Assembly (NCBI GenBank): GCA_014860585.1
Contig: JACZJL010000143.1
Span: 2,543-66,542 of the forward strand
Direction: 5' to 3'
Length of the DNA stretch: 64,000 nt
Source of the DNA: Bacteroidales bacterium
Lineage (GTDB): Bacteria > Bacteroidota > Bacteroidia > Bacteroidales > 4484-276
Shown: piece after piece, positions 48,122 through 57,518 of the stretch
Layout: every line of letters starts with the position of its first letter
Numbering within the stretch: position 1 is the stretch's first letter
Notes under the pieces: generated by a model
Told to the model about the DNA's origin: nothing
Database searches by the model: none
The model's input: only the letters and a program-made list of their open reading frames with translations
Translations under genes and position numbers: made by a program

Positions 48122-49513
48122 GTGAAAATTAAGTACAAAGACCTAATTGAACAAACTTTCGAGTTTCCACAGGAAGAATTTGAAGTTCACGACAATGAGC
48201 TCTATTTTCATAATATCCCATTGATGGATATTATTAAACAATATGGAACGCCTGTTAAACTTACCTATTTACCTAAGATCAGTGCCCAGATTCAGAAAGC
48301 CAGAAGGTTGTTTAATGTAGCCATGGCAAAAGTGGATTACCAGGGCGACTATAAATATTGTTACTGTACAAAGAGTTCGCATTTTTCATTTATTCTGGAA
48401 GAAGCATTAAAGAACAAGATCAATCTCGAAACCTCATCTGCTTTTGACATCAACATTATTGATGAATTGTTGAATGTTGGGCTGATTAACAAGGATATTT
48501 TTATTATTTCAAACGGATTTAAACGCCCGCAATATCTTGAAAACATCGCAAGGATAATCAATGAAGGATTTGATAACACTATCCCAATTCTTGACAATAT
48601 GGATGAATTGGATTACTATACCGAAAATGTGAACGGTCATTTCAACGTTGGGATAAGAATTGCTTCGGAAGAAGAACCGATGTTTTCGTTCTACACCTCA
48701 AGACTTGGTATCCGGTACAACGACATAGTACCTTTTTACCACGAAAAAATAAAAGCTAACCCGAAGATTGGTTTGAAAATGCTTCATTTTTTCATCAATA
48801 CCGGCATCAAGGATACAGCCTATTATTGGAATGAGTTGAATAAAAGTTTGAACGTCTATGTGGAGTTAAAAAAGGTTTGCCCTGAATTGGATTCGTTTAA
48901 TATTGGTGGTGGTTTCCCAATCAAGCGCTCCCTGGGTTTTGAGTTTGATTATGAGTATATGGCTGAGGAAATAATAGCCCAGATAAAATCGGTTTGCGAG
49001 CAGCACGGAGTACCGGAACCGGACATCTTTACCGAGTTTGGATCGTTTACGGTTGGCGAAAGTGGTGCAACGCTTTATTCAGTTTTAGATCAGAAACAAC
49101 AGAACGACCGGGAGCTTTGGAACATGATAGACAGCTCATTCATGACTACACTTCCTGATTCCTGGGCTATTAACCAGCGCTTTATATTGCTCCCAATCAA
49201 CCGATGGGATGCTGAGTATCAGCGTGTATGCCTCGGAGGCCTGACTTGCGACAGCCAGGATTATTATAATGATGAGGCGCATACGAATGCTGTGTTTTTG
49301 CCAAAATTTGACAAAAATGATCCTTTGTACATTGGTTTTTTCCACACCGGCGCTTATCAGGAGTCACTGGGCGGTTATGGCGGCATTCAGCATTGTCTGA
49401 TTCCGGCTCCAAAACATATCATTATTGATCTTGACGAAAATGGCGATTATTTCCCAAAACTTTTTGCCAAAGAACAGTCATATAAATCCATGCTGAAAAC
49501 ATTGGGGTTCTGA
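48122..49513 (+). CDS. PLP-dependent (fold type III, Orn/DAP/Arg decarboxylase family) arginine-decarboxylase-like enzyme
   Basis: 463 aa with a GTG start. Glycine loop FNIGGGFPI and active-site-like GLTCDSQDYY. The N-terminus resembles the short Bacteroidota arginine decarboxylases. Confidence 0.65.
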   Translation: MKIKYKDLIEQTFEFPQEEFEVHDNELYFHNIPLMDIIKQYGTPVKLTYLPKISAQIQKARRLFNVAMAKVDYQGDYKYCYCTKSSHFSFILEEALKNKINLETSSAFDINIIDELLNVGLINKDIFIISNGFKRPQYLENIARIINEGFDNTIPILDNMDELDYYTENVNGHFNVGIRIASEEEPMFSFYTSRLGIRYNDIVPFYHEKIKANPKIGLKMLHFFINTGIKDTAYYWNELNKSLNVYVELKKVCPELDSFNIGGGFPIKRSLGFEFDYEYMAEEIIAQIKSVCEQHGVPEPDIFTEFGSFTVGESGATLYSVLDQKQQNDRELWNMIDSSFMTTLPDSWAINQRFILLPINRWDAEYQRVCLGGLTCDSQDYYNDEAHTNAVFLPKFDKNDPLYIGFFHTGAYQESLGGYGGIQHCLIPAPKHIIIDLDENGDYFPKLFAKEQSYKSMLKTLGF

Positions 49514-49580
49514 TTGTTTGATTTACAAGTTTCAATAGCGACCTTTCCAAATAATCGGAGAAAAAAATGCCGGTAAGTTT

Positions 49581-50234
49581 TTAGCCTTTTCCTGAAAATT
49601 TGTTCACTCTTAATGTGTTGCGTAGTTCCCGGAAAATAATTTGTATCATTTCATTGGGTTCACCCAGCAGATGAAAAGACATGGTCTTCCACCTTTTTGT
49701 TGCTCTTTGTTTTAATTCTTTGCTCATAAAAAAACTTCCGAGCAGGTCAAGCATTCCTAAAAATTCGATAATCAACCGTGTTTCCGTCATGGAATTTCGA
49801 CCATAGACCAATGACCGCTCCATATCAGAGATGATCGGTTTCAAATTGTCGGGATTATTCACCCTGTAACGCTTTCCCCATCTGATTCCGAGCCATTCAA
49901 TCGGAATACTGCTGATCAGATGTTGCCTTTCGAGACACCCCATCTGCAACGTGTAATATTTGTTGACATGCATAGACAATTTTGTCATCAGCCATGAGAA
50001 CTTTTTACCTTGCCACGCATTTAATTGTGTTAATAGCTCTTTAAATACAGGATCAGTAGTGTTAGTTTGTGCGACTTTTATCCTTCCTTCTTCAACCCAA
50101 AAAGCATTTTGCCGGGACAGATCAATCAACGAAGCCGCCAGTAAGGCATGGCCAATCACGCTTTTCTTCCGCACCCATCCCTTTTCGGGATGAATGCAGA
50201 GCAGGATGAGCTGATCTTTAATTGCTTTAGTCAT
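49581..50234 (-). CDS. GPP34/GOLPH3-family protein
   Basis: 217 aa. The N-terminus LILLCIHPEKGWVRKKSVIGHALLAASLIDLSRQN fits the GPP34 pattern (LLL..D..G......L.GA.L.DL). Its ATG overlaps the stop of the upstream RHH gene (ATGA, 50231-50234). Confidence 0.5.
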   Translation of the reverse strand: MTKAIKDQLILLCIHPEKGWVRKKSVIGHALLAASLIDLSRQNAFWVEEGRIKVAQTNTTDPVFKELLTQLNAWQGKKFSWLMTKLSMHVNKYYTLQMGCLERQHLISSIPIEWLGIRWGKRYRVNNPDNLKPIISDMERSLVYGRNSMTETRLIIEFLGMLDLLGSFFMSKELKQRATKRWKTMSFHLLGEPNEMIQIIFRELRNTLRVNKFSGKG

Positions 50235-50422
50235 GATTCAGGGTTTTTTTCCGTTGGTTCCTCAGTTTCATCATCTTTGCTACGCCCGGCTGTTTTCAAT
50301 GAATTGTGTAAAATCCACTCGATTTGCCCGTTGACACTACGAAATTCATCGGCAGCCCATTTCTCGAGCTTTTCCATCATTGTTGGATTGATCCTGAGAA
50401 CAAACGATTTCTTTTTCGTCAT
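50231..50422 (-). CDS. Arc/MetJ-type ribbon-helix-helix DNA-binding protein
   Basis: 63 aa. A basic N-terminus is followed by SFVLRINPTMMEKLEKWAADEFRSVNGQIEWILHNSLKTAGR, a beta-strand plus two-helix RHH pattern. It starts 8 nt after the SPFH stop. Confidence 0.65.
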   Translation of the reverse strand: MTKKKSFVLRINPTMMEKLEKWAADEFRSVNGQIEWILHNSLKTAGRSKDDETEEPTEKNPES

Positions 50423-50430
50423 TTTTTCTC

Positions 50431-51285
50431 CTATTGATGCAAAGTGCCAGTGTTGATCACCGGGCTTGCATCTTTATCCGAACACAATACTACCATCAGG
50501 TTGCTGACCATTGCGGCTTTTTTCTCTTCATCCAGTTCGATGATCTGCTTTTGTGAAAGCTGCTCAAGTGCCATTTCAACCATACTCACAGCGCCTTCGA
50601 CAATCTTTTGCCTTGCTGCAACAATGGCCGATGCCTGCTGACGGCGAAGCATAGCACCTGCGATTTCGGAAGCATAGGCAAGGTAAGCAATGCGAGCTTC
50701 CATGACATGGATGCCGGCAATTTCGAGGCGTTCGCGAAGTTCGTCTTCCAATTGCTGATTCACTTCCTCGCCACCGGCGCGTAAACTGATCTCAGCCTGG
50801 TCATCATCAAAATTGTCGTAGGGGTAAGCCCCTGCAAGTTTGCGAATTGCAGCTTCGCTTTGGATGTCCACAAACCGGATGTAATCATCCACCTCAAAGG
50901 CGGCCTTAAACGTATTTTCAACCTTCCACACCAGTACAATCCCGATCATGATCGGGTTGCCTATTTTGTCGTTTACCTTGATTGGCTCACTGTTAAGGTT
51001 GCGTGCCCGAAGCGAAATTCGCTTGCGGCTGAAAAACGGATTGATCCAGTAAAACCCATTTTTCTTCAGCGTTCCTGAGTATTTCCCAAAGAGAACCAAT
51101 ACGCAGGATTCATTGGGATTAACGATCTGCAGGCCGATCCAGCTTAACAGGTCGGGGATCAGCAGCAGCAGCCAAAAGAAATTTTTTGTAACGATGGTCA
51201 GCCACACCGGGGCGACCAGCAAGACCAGGGCTATCAGTAATCCGAAGAACCCCATCTTTGGTGATAAATGCATTTCCTTTTCCAT
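50431..51285 (-). CDS. SPFH/band-7 domain membrane protein
   Basis: 284 aa. Two N-terminal TM helices are followed by an SPFH core (VNPNESCVLVLFGKYSGTLKKNGFYWINPF ... ) and a coiled-coil/Ala-rich segment (ARIAYLAYASEIAGAMLRRQQASAIVAARQKIVEGA). Confidence 0.75.
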   Translation of the reverse strand: MEKEMHLSPKMGFFGLLIALVLLVAPVWLTIVTKNFFWLLLLIPDLLSWIGLQIVNPNESCVLVLFGKYSGTLKKNGFYWINPFFSRKRISLRARNLNSEPIKVNDKIGNPIMIGIVLVWKVENTFKAAFEVDDYIRFVDIQSEAAIRKLAGAYPYDNFDDDQAEISLRAGGEEVNQQLEDELRERLEIAGIHVMEARIAYLAYASEIAGAMLRRQQASAIVAARQKIVEGAVSMVEMALEQLSQKQIIELDEEKKAAMVSNLMVVLCSDKDASPVINTGTLHQ

Positions 51286-51287
51286 AA

Positions 51288-51314
51288 TGATAGATATTTG
51301 ATATTAAAATGATA
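51288..51314 (-). promoter_or_regulatory. three TGATA (minus strand: TATCA) repeats phased at 11 bp in the SPFH-operon leader; candidate RHH operator
   Basis: TGATA occurs at 51288-51292, 51299-51303 and 51310-51314, with a spacing of exactly 11 bp. The repeats lie between the -7 box (51318-51325) and the ATG (51285). Confidence 0.4.
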
Positions 51315-51317
51315 TCA

Positions 51318-51325
51318 CAAAAGTA
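51318..51325 (-). promoter_or_regulatory. -7 promoter box TACTTTTG of the SPFH-RHH-GPP34 operon
   Basis: The plus strand reads CAAAAGTA, the reverse complement of TACTTTTG. It lies 33 nt upstream of the ATG at 51285. Confidence 0.5.
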
Positions 51326-51392
51326 AATTAAATTTCTAACATTGCAACTTTTTTAAGATTTTTTTTGAAAGTATTTTCTTTGGTAGCCAGTC

Positions 51393-51424
51393 ATAAAAAA
51401 AAGGCCGCCCGATTGGACAGCCTT
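51393..51424 (-). terminator. intrinsic terminator after trxB
   Basis: The minus-strand RNA AAGGCUGUCC-aauc-GGGCGGCCUU forms a 10-bp stem with two G-U pairs, followed by a U run. On the plus strand the stem has C-A mismatches, so the terminator is strand-specific. Confidence 0.65.
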
Positions 51425-51446
51425 ATTTATCTTGCTAAAAGCTCTG

Positions 51447-52400
51447 TTAATCCTCATCTGCCAGAAAGCGCTCGGCTTCAAGAGCTGCCATACATCCCGT
51501 TCCGGCGGCGGTTACGGCCTGGCGGTATACTTTGTCCTGGATATCACCGGCAGCAAATACACCGGGGATTTTAGTGGCGGTGGAGTCGGGTGCGGTGATC
51601 AGGTAACCTGATTCGTCCATATCCAACTGACCTTTGAACAGATCGGAATTGGGTTTGTGACCAATGGCAACAAAAAACCCATCAATACCAATGGTTTTGT
51701 GTTCGCCGGTTTGTAAATTTTCAACATTTACTCCGGTAACTGCTTTGGAAAATCCTTCCTGTTTTCCAATGATTTCTTTTGGTACGCTGTTCCAAACAAG
51801 TTCAACATTTGGCAATTTGAACAATCTTTTTTGCATTGCTTTGGAAGCCCTTAACTCATCCCGACGATGGATAAGGTAAACTTTTTTGCACAGTTTGGCA
51901 AGATACGACGCTTCTTCAGCTGCTGTATCTCCACCTCCAACAACGGCAACCACTTTATCTTTATAGAAATATCCATCGCAGGTGGCACAGGCTGAAACAC
52001 CGTAGCCGTTGTATTCCTGTTCGGATGGCAATCCCAGCCACCTGGCAGAAGCGCCCGTGGAAATGATAATGGTTTCTGCCAAAATTTCCTTTCCGTCGTC
52101 AGCCTTTACTTTAAATGGTCGTTTCGACAAATCCACCTCTACAATTTCTCCCCAGCGGATGTCAGTGTGAAACCGTTCGGCCTGCAGTTTCAGTTCCTCC
52201 ATCATTGCCGGCCCCTGCACTCCATTGGGGTAACCGGGAAAGTTCTCTACTTCGGTGGTGATGGTCAGCTGCCCACCCGGTTGCATACCCTGATACATAA
52301 CAGGGTGGAGGTCAGCACGTGCCGCATAAATAGCAGCCGTGTAGCCGGCAGGTCCCGATCCAATGATCAGGCATTTTACTTTTTCAATCGTTTCGCTCAT
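51447..52400 (-). CDS. trxB: thioredoxin-disulfide reductase
   Basis: 317 aa. FAD motif GSGPAGYTAA, redox-active CATCDG and NADPH motif VVGGGDTAAEEA. Confidence 0.94.
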   Translation of the reverse strand: MSETIEKVKCLIIGSGPAGYTAAIYAARADLHPVMYQGMQPGGQLTITTEVENFPGYPNGVQGPAMMEELKLQAERFHTDIRWGEIVEVDLSKRPFKVKADDGKEILAETIIISTGASARWLGLPSEQEYNGYGVSACATCDGYFYKDKVVAVVGGGDTAAEEASYLAKLCKKVYLIHRRDELRASKAMQKRLFKLPNVELVWNSVPKEIIGKQEGFSKAVTGVNVENLQTGEHKTIGIDGFFVAIGHKPNSDLFKGQLDMDESGYLITAPDSTATKIPGVFAAGDIQDKVYRQAVTAAGTGCMAALEAERFLADED

Positions 52401-52443
52401 TGATTATCTGTTTTGTGTTGGTTATTTGAATAATTTTCGCTGC

Positions 52444-52463
52444 GATGTCTAAAATTGTGCCAA
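52444..52463 (-). promoter_or_regulatory. shared stress-operon motif, copy 3 (minus strand TTGGCACAATTTTAGACATC)
   Basis: Lies 43 nt upstream of the trxB ATG. The first 9 nt are identical to the groES copy. Confidence 0.4.
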
Positions 52464-52602
52464 AATAAATCGCTTTGATATCACTGATCATTTTTTATTT
52501 TAAAAGTAGAAAATGGAGTAAACTCGTTAGATAAAGACATTTTAATCCGTAAAATGCTTTCGTTTGTTTGAAAATGCTTTATAGATTGCCAACTACCAAC
52601 TT

Positions 52603-53598
52603 TTACTGATGGATATAATGGCGGAAACTTTTCATGAACTGAACGCGTTCATAAGATGCCGGGTTTGCACTTTTAGCCTGGCTCATTTTACCTCTGAACT
52701 CATCAATCCTGGAATACCCTTCGTGATCCATCCATTTTTTAACGTCTTCGAGCATTTGGGCAATATAGGTTACTCCGTGCCTGTAAAGGGTGGAGACAAC
52801 CTGGACGGCATCGGCGCCGGCAAGCAATTGTTTGATCAATGCTTCACCGTCGTGAACTCCTGTTGAGGCAGCAAGGTCGCAACTGACACGTTCTGCCATT
52901 ACAGCTATCCATCTGAGCGAAATGGCCAGATCGTGCGGATTACTCAATACATTGGTAGAAACAACCTGGTAAGTTTCCAGGTTGAAATCAGGACTGTAAA
53001 AACGGTTAAACAATGTCAATCCTTTGATTCCGGTGCTGGAGAGCTTCTGCATCATCTGCCCAAGATTGGATGCATAATAGCTGATCTTCAGTAAAACAGG
53101 GATTGTAACCACTTTAGTCACCTCGGTTACAATATCAAAATATAATTTTTCATTGTCCGCTGCAGTGCGTTCGAAGTCTGTTGGCAAGATAAAAAGATTC
53201 AGTTCAAGCGCATCGGCGCCCGCATCCTGTATCTCTTTGGCAAAATAGGTCCATTTTTGTGAGGTGACGCAGTTTATACTCGCAATTACAGGGATGTGAA
53301 CGGCATCTTTGGTTTCCCTGATCAGTCGCAAATATTTCCTTACCGTGTCCTCTTCCGGCTCTTCATCCATGTAATCGAATGTTTCGGGATAGATAAACTG
53401 GCGGGATGTCATACGGTGCATGGCTTCTTCCATCTCTGCAATGATTTCTTCTTCGAAGAGTGATTTCAGCACAACTGCTCCTGCTCCAGCCTGCTCGGCG
53501 GCTTTTACTTTGTCAACACTATCTGTTAATCCGGAACTCCCGACAATCAATGGATTCCGAAGGGTTAATCCCAAAAATTTTGTTGTAAGGTCAACCAT
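52603..53598 (-). CDS. dihydroorotate-dehydrogenase-like flavoprotein (DHOD/DPD TIM-barrel family)
   Basis: 331 aa. N-terminus LGLTLRNPLIVGSSGLT, plus VIASIN and LFNRFYSPD, which are class-1 DHOD-like motifs. Confidence 0.6.
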   Translation of the reverse strand: MVDLTTKFLGLTLRNPLIVGSSGLTDSVDKVKAAEQAGAGAVVLKSLFEEEIIAEMEEAMHRMTSRQFIYPETFDYMDEEPEEDTVRKYLRLIRETKDAVHIPVIASINCVTSQKWTYFAKEIQDAGADALELNLFILPTDFERTAADNEKLYFDIVTEVTKVVTIPVLLKISYYASNLGQMMQKLSSTGIKGLTLFNRFYSPDFNLETYQVVSTNVLSNPHDLAISLRWIAVMAERVSCDLAASTGVHDGEALIKQLLAGADAVQVVSTLYRHGVTYIAQMLEDVKKWMDHEGYSRIDEFRGKMSQAKSANPASYERVQFMKSFRHYIHQ

Positions 53599-53679
53599 AA
53601 TTGTTTATTTTGAAATGAGTAATATTTGTTCGAGAAATGTCGCCATACTTTAAAGATCAGTTGTATTCCAATCATTTTC

Positions 53680-53687
53680 CAAAAGTA
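53680..53687 (-). promoter_or_regulatory. -7 promoter box TACTTTTG for the DHOD-like gene
   Basis: The plus strand reads CAAAAGTA. It lies about 82 nt upstream of the ATG at 53598. Confidence 0.4.
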
Positions 53688-53866
53688 GAATTTTTCTTTT
53701 TAATGAGGCATCATTGTTGCCATTACAAATTCTTCTTATTGAGCATAAGGAAAGGTGTTTTCCAGAAGGTTTGCTTCAGAACTGAATCACTGAACTGGTT
53801 TAAAGTATTTTGCCAGAAAACATCAAAACGTTTGTTGATTTGTGGATGGATTTTTAAAATTTAATC

Positions 53867-53874
53867 TATTTTTG
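53867..53874 (+). promoter_or_regulatory. -7 promoter box TATTTTTG upstream of the HmuY-like/TonB receptor cluster
   Basis: Matches TAnnTTTG, about 132 nt upstream of the ATG at 54006. Confidence 0.4.
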
Positions 53875-54005
53875 CACTGAATTATTGAAATATATATTTT
53901 AGACATTTTGGAACAGGTACATTAGGATTGTTACTTTTTAAACCACTTAAAAATGCAGAATTAATATTGATTATCAAATACATAACTTAACATATTAATA
54001 TTCAA

Positions 54006-55274
54006 ATGAAAAATTTAATTCTATTACTTACGGTACAGTTTTTTGTATTTCTTCCTCATACACTTTTAAAAGCCAATCTGGTTAACGACACCATTTCGAT
54101 GGGTCCCGGCTATACCAATGATGTGTTTTATAGTCTTGAAAATGGTACAGTAAAGACAGAACCACGTAATAACTGGGATCTTGCTTTTTATACTGTAAGA
54201 TGGAGTGCCGGTGTGATGATTAACGATGGTATGGGAGTAGTACTTTACACTTATCCCTACAGTGATACAACTGGTTGGCAAACCATGGATGTAACGGATA
54301 TCGAAAGTTGGAAGCCCGTGTACAATTCTGACACCATATGGGAAGAAGGAGCATTCAACGCTAACTCGCTTGAACATCCTGACTATGGCTGGGGTGTTTA
54401 CAACATGGTTACGCACGATGTGATTGGGGATTCGTTATTTGTGCTACAACTGGCCGATGGATCGTTGAAAAAGATTTGGATTCAGCGTAAAAATTCAACC
54501 AGCAATACCTATTATTTTAAATATGCCAACATTGATGGTTCAGGTGAAGTTGCTGAGGTGTTGAATGTGAACGATTTCACTGACAAGCATTTTGTTTATT
54601 ATTCAATTAGTAACCAGTCTGTTGTTGATAGAGAACCTTCAATGGAAAGTTGGGATATACTTTTCAGCCGTTTTATGGGGACAACCTTTGATAATGAAGG
54701 GAATCCGTCGCGTTACCCCGTAGTGGGAGTGCTGAACAATCCGATGGCAGGCTCCAACCGCTTTCAACCGGTCGGACAGGATTTTGAAGACTGGAATTCT
54801 TTACCAATGATCTTCGAGCGTTCGGTAATTGGACACGACTGGAAGCAATTCGATATGGAATTGTTCCAATGGTTGCTTGCTGACGATTTAGTCTATTTTG
54901 TAAAAACAGTTCAGGAAGATGTTTATAAATTGACGTTTGACTATTTTGGGGGCACATCCAACGGAAAAACAGGTTTGCAAAAAACAGCTGTTTCCCTGGC
55001 ATCCATTGGTCAGGATATTGACAACCTGAACGGCATGAAAGTTTCACCTAATCCGGCTTCGGAGCAACTCGTTGTAAGTTTGGAAGAACAGCGGTCAACT
55101 TCAGCTACCTTCAAAATTTTTAATCAGACCGGAAGCCTTATACATAGTCAGGTAATCAATCCTTTACAAAGCACTATCAACATCTCACTTCAAAATTTCA
55201 GGAATGGGATGTATCTCATTTTGATTGACACAGAGAAAGGTCAACTTAGGGGTAAGTTTTTGGTGATCAACTAA
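54006..55274 (+). CDS. HmuY-like domain protein with a T9SS type-A C-terminal sorting domain
   Basis: 422 aa with a signal peptide but no lipobox. The HmuY-family-like segment is VFYSLENGTVKTEPRNNWDLAFYT. The last 80 aa or so read KVSPNPASEQLVVSL...FKIFNQTGSLIH...NGMYLILIDTEKGQLRGKFLVIN, a classic Por secretion tail. Confidence 0.5.
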   Translation: MKNLILLLTVQFFVFLPHTLLKANLVNDTISMGPGYTNDVFYSLENGTVKTEPRNNWDLAFYTVRWSAGVMINDGMGVVLYTYPYSDTTGWQTMDVTDIESWKPVYNSDTIWEEGAFNANSLEHPDYGWGVYNMVTHDVIGDSLFVLQLADGSLKKIWIQRKNSTSNTYYFKYANIDGSGEVAEVLNVNDFTDKHFVYYSISNQSVVDREPSMESWDILFSRFMGTTFDNEGNPSRYPVVGVLNNPMAGSNRFQPVGQDFEDWNSLPMIFERSVIGHDWKQFDMELFQWLLADDLVYFVKTVQEDVYKLTFDYFGGTSNGKTGLQKTAVSLASIGQDIDNLNGMKVSPNPASEQLVVSLEEQRSTSATFKIFNQTGSLIHSQVINPLQSTINISLQNFRNGMYLILIDTEKGQLRGKFLVIN

Positions 55275-55283
55275 GCACATCCT

Positions 55284-57509
55284 ATGACCGGTCGCAACTT
55301 AATCATACTGCTGATCCTGTTAGTTGTTACAATTAAAGGGTACGGTCAGCAACCCCGATTATTGGTCACTGATGCCCGGACCAGCAATCCCATAGCGTTT
55401 GCACATGTGGTGTTTGAATCAGCAGCCAATCAGAGCATTGGAGCTATGACGGACATCAATGGCTATGTGGATAACCCGTCACGCGAACCCATGATCATAA
55501 TGATCAGCTATGTGGGTTACAGTCCGTTGAGCGATACGGTTTATCCCGGAGAGAGCCGGACTATCCTTCTCCAGCCTGTTGTTTACAACATTGACGAAGT
55601 GGTGGTTACCGGTCAATACACACCACAGCGGGTGGATAAATCCATATACAAAGTGAAAATTATCGGATCCAGACAGATAGATCTGAAAGCAGCGAACAAC
55701 CTGAGCGACCTGATGGCCGGGGAACTGAATATCCGGGCATCGCACGACGGCGCCCTGGGCTCCAGCATCACACTGCAAGGGCTTGGTGGTGAGCACATCA
55801 AATACCTTATTGATGGCGTGCCTGTCATTGGGCGGATGAATGGTAATATTGACCTGACCCAGCTAAACCTGCACAATGTCGAACATATTGAAGTGATTGA
55901 AGGGCCGATGTCGGTGATTTATGGAAGCAATGCACTTGCCGGTGTCATCAACATCATTACCCGAAAAGACAGGCCATCCTCCTATTCGCTGTATGCTGAT
56001 TCGTATTATGAATCGGTAGGGATTTACAATTTCAGCCTTGAAGGAGCAATGAAAAAAAAGCGTTGGAGCGGCACGCTGGGTGGCGCCAGAAACTTTTTTG
56101 AGGGCTACAGCCTGGCGGATACCAGCAGGACAAAACGATGGAAACCAAAAGAGCAATACTATGCCGACGGAGGTGTTCAATATAGTTATGGAGAACTAAC
56201 TGCCCGGCTTACAACCTCCTATTTCAATGAACTGCTGCTCGACAGGGGAAATCCTGTAAAACCCTATTATGAATCAGCATTCGACAGCTATTTTTACACC
56301 AACAGATTTACCACCAACCTTGATTTGAATACACGCCTATTCAAAGACCGCTACCTGAGTGTTCTTGCTTCGCAGGCATATTACGGCAGGATTAAAAACA
56401 CCTATTTCAAAGACCTGACTACATTGGAGGAGACATTGATACCAGACAATGAAGTTCAGGACACATCCCGGTTCAATCAATATCTTATGAGGGCTACATT
56501 TAGCAAAAGCACTGAGAAAAGCCCATTCAATTATCAATTGGGTGTGGATTTGAATTACGAAAACGGGTCGGGTAAACGCATCCTTGATCAAAAACAAGCC
56601 ATTGGCGATTATGCTGCATTTCTCAGCGTTAAACTTCAACCGGCAAAAACCATTCTCTTTCAGCCCGGAGTTCGCTACAGCTACAACACCAAATATTCTG
56701 CTCCCCTTGTTTATTCGCTCAACCTGAAATATGACCTGTTCGAATCCATCAACCTCAGGGCTTCCTATTCAAAGGGTTTCAGAGCGCCCTCACTCAAGGA
56801 ATTGTATCTTGAATTCGTGGATGTAAATCATAATGTCCGCGGAAACGAAAATCTCAAAGCGGAGAATTCACAGAATATTAACCTTTCATTTGGATATCAA
56901 CATGTGAAACCCACCTATGACTGGGGTTTTGACGTAAGTGTATTTTACAACGATATTAAAAACAGTATTACCCTTGCCGCCATCGACTGGGAGGAGGGGC
57001 TATATACTTATGTTAACCTGAGCAATATGATTACAAAAGGTTACCAGGTTTCGTTCAACAACCGCATTTATCCATGGCTGCAAACCCGTTTTGGTGTCGG
57101 GACTACAGGCCGGAATCAGTTCGTTGATCAACAGTCAGACAGGGGATTTACTTACAGCACCGATTTTGTTTCCAGCGCAAATTATCTCTGGCAAAAAACA
57201 GGCATCACTACTTCGGTTTATTACAAGTACCAGGGAGAATACCCTGAAGTGTTTATCGGTCCGAATAGCCAGGTTCTGAGCACCACTATGTCAGCATATC
57301 ATACACTCGATATTACTTTGAGCCGCGGGTTTTGGAGTAACCGCCTGAACGCTCAGGTCGGTGCGAAAAACCTGTTTAATAACACCAACATTGCGATTTC
57401 AGGCGATACCGGCGGTGGCGGGATTCACTCAGGAGGCGGCACATCAGCACCCGTTGGCTGGGGGCGTACTTTTACCGCTAACATCTCATTGGCACTCAAC
57501 AAATTCTAA
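55284..57509 (+). CDS. TonB-dependent receptor (carboxypeptidase-regulatory-like N-domain + plug + barrel)
   Basis: 741 aa. The N-domain is ARTSNPIAFAHVVFE...DINGY, the plug is VVVTGQYTPQRVDKSIYKV...ITLQGLGGEHIKYLIDGVPVIGR, and the C-terminus is ANISLALNKF. Confidence 0.85.
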   Translation: MTGRNLIILLILLVVTIKGYGQQPRLLVTDARTSNPIAFAHVVFESAANQSIGAMTDINGYVDNPSREPMIIMISYVGYSPLSDTVYPGESRTILLQPVVYNIDEVVVTGQYTPQRVDKSIYKVKIIGSRQIDLKAANNLSDLMAGELNIRASHDGALGSSITLQGLGGEHIKYLIDGVPVIGRMNGNIDLTQLNLHNVEHIEVIEGPMSVIYGSNALAGVINIITRKDRPSSYSLYADSYYESVGIYNFSLEGAMKKKRWSGTLGGARNFFEGYSLADTSRTKRWKPKEQYYADGGVQYSYGELTARLTTSYFNELLLDRGNPVKPYYESAFDSYFYTNRFTTNLDLNTRLFKDRYLSVLASQAYYGRIKNTYFKDLTTLEETLIPDNEVQDTSRFNQYLMRATFSKSTEKSPFNYQLGVDLNYENGSGKRILDQKQAIGDYAAFLSVKLQPAKTILFQPGVRYSYNTKYSAPLVYSLNLKYDLFESINLRASYSKGFRAPSLKELYLEFVDVNHNVRGNENLKAENSQNINLSFGYQHVKPTYDWGFDVSVFYNDIKNSITLAAIDWEEGLYTYVNLSNMITKGYQVSFNNRIYPWLQTRFGVGTTGRNQFVDQQSDRGFTYSTDFVSSANYLWQKTGITTSVYYKYQGEYPEVFIGPNSQVLSTTMSAYHTLDITLSRGFWSNRLNAQVGAKNLFNNTNIAISGDTGGGGIHSGGGTSAPVGWGRTFTANISLALNKF

Positions 57510-57518
57510 GTTTTTGGT

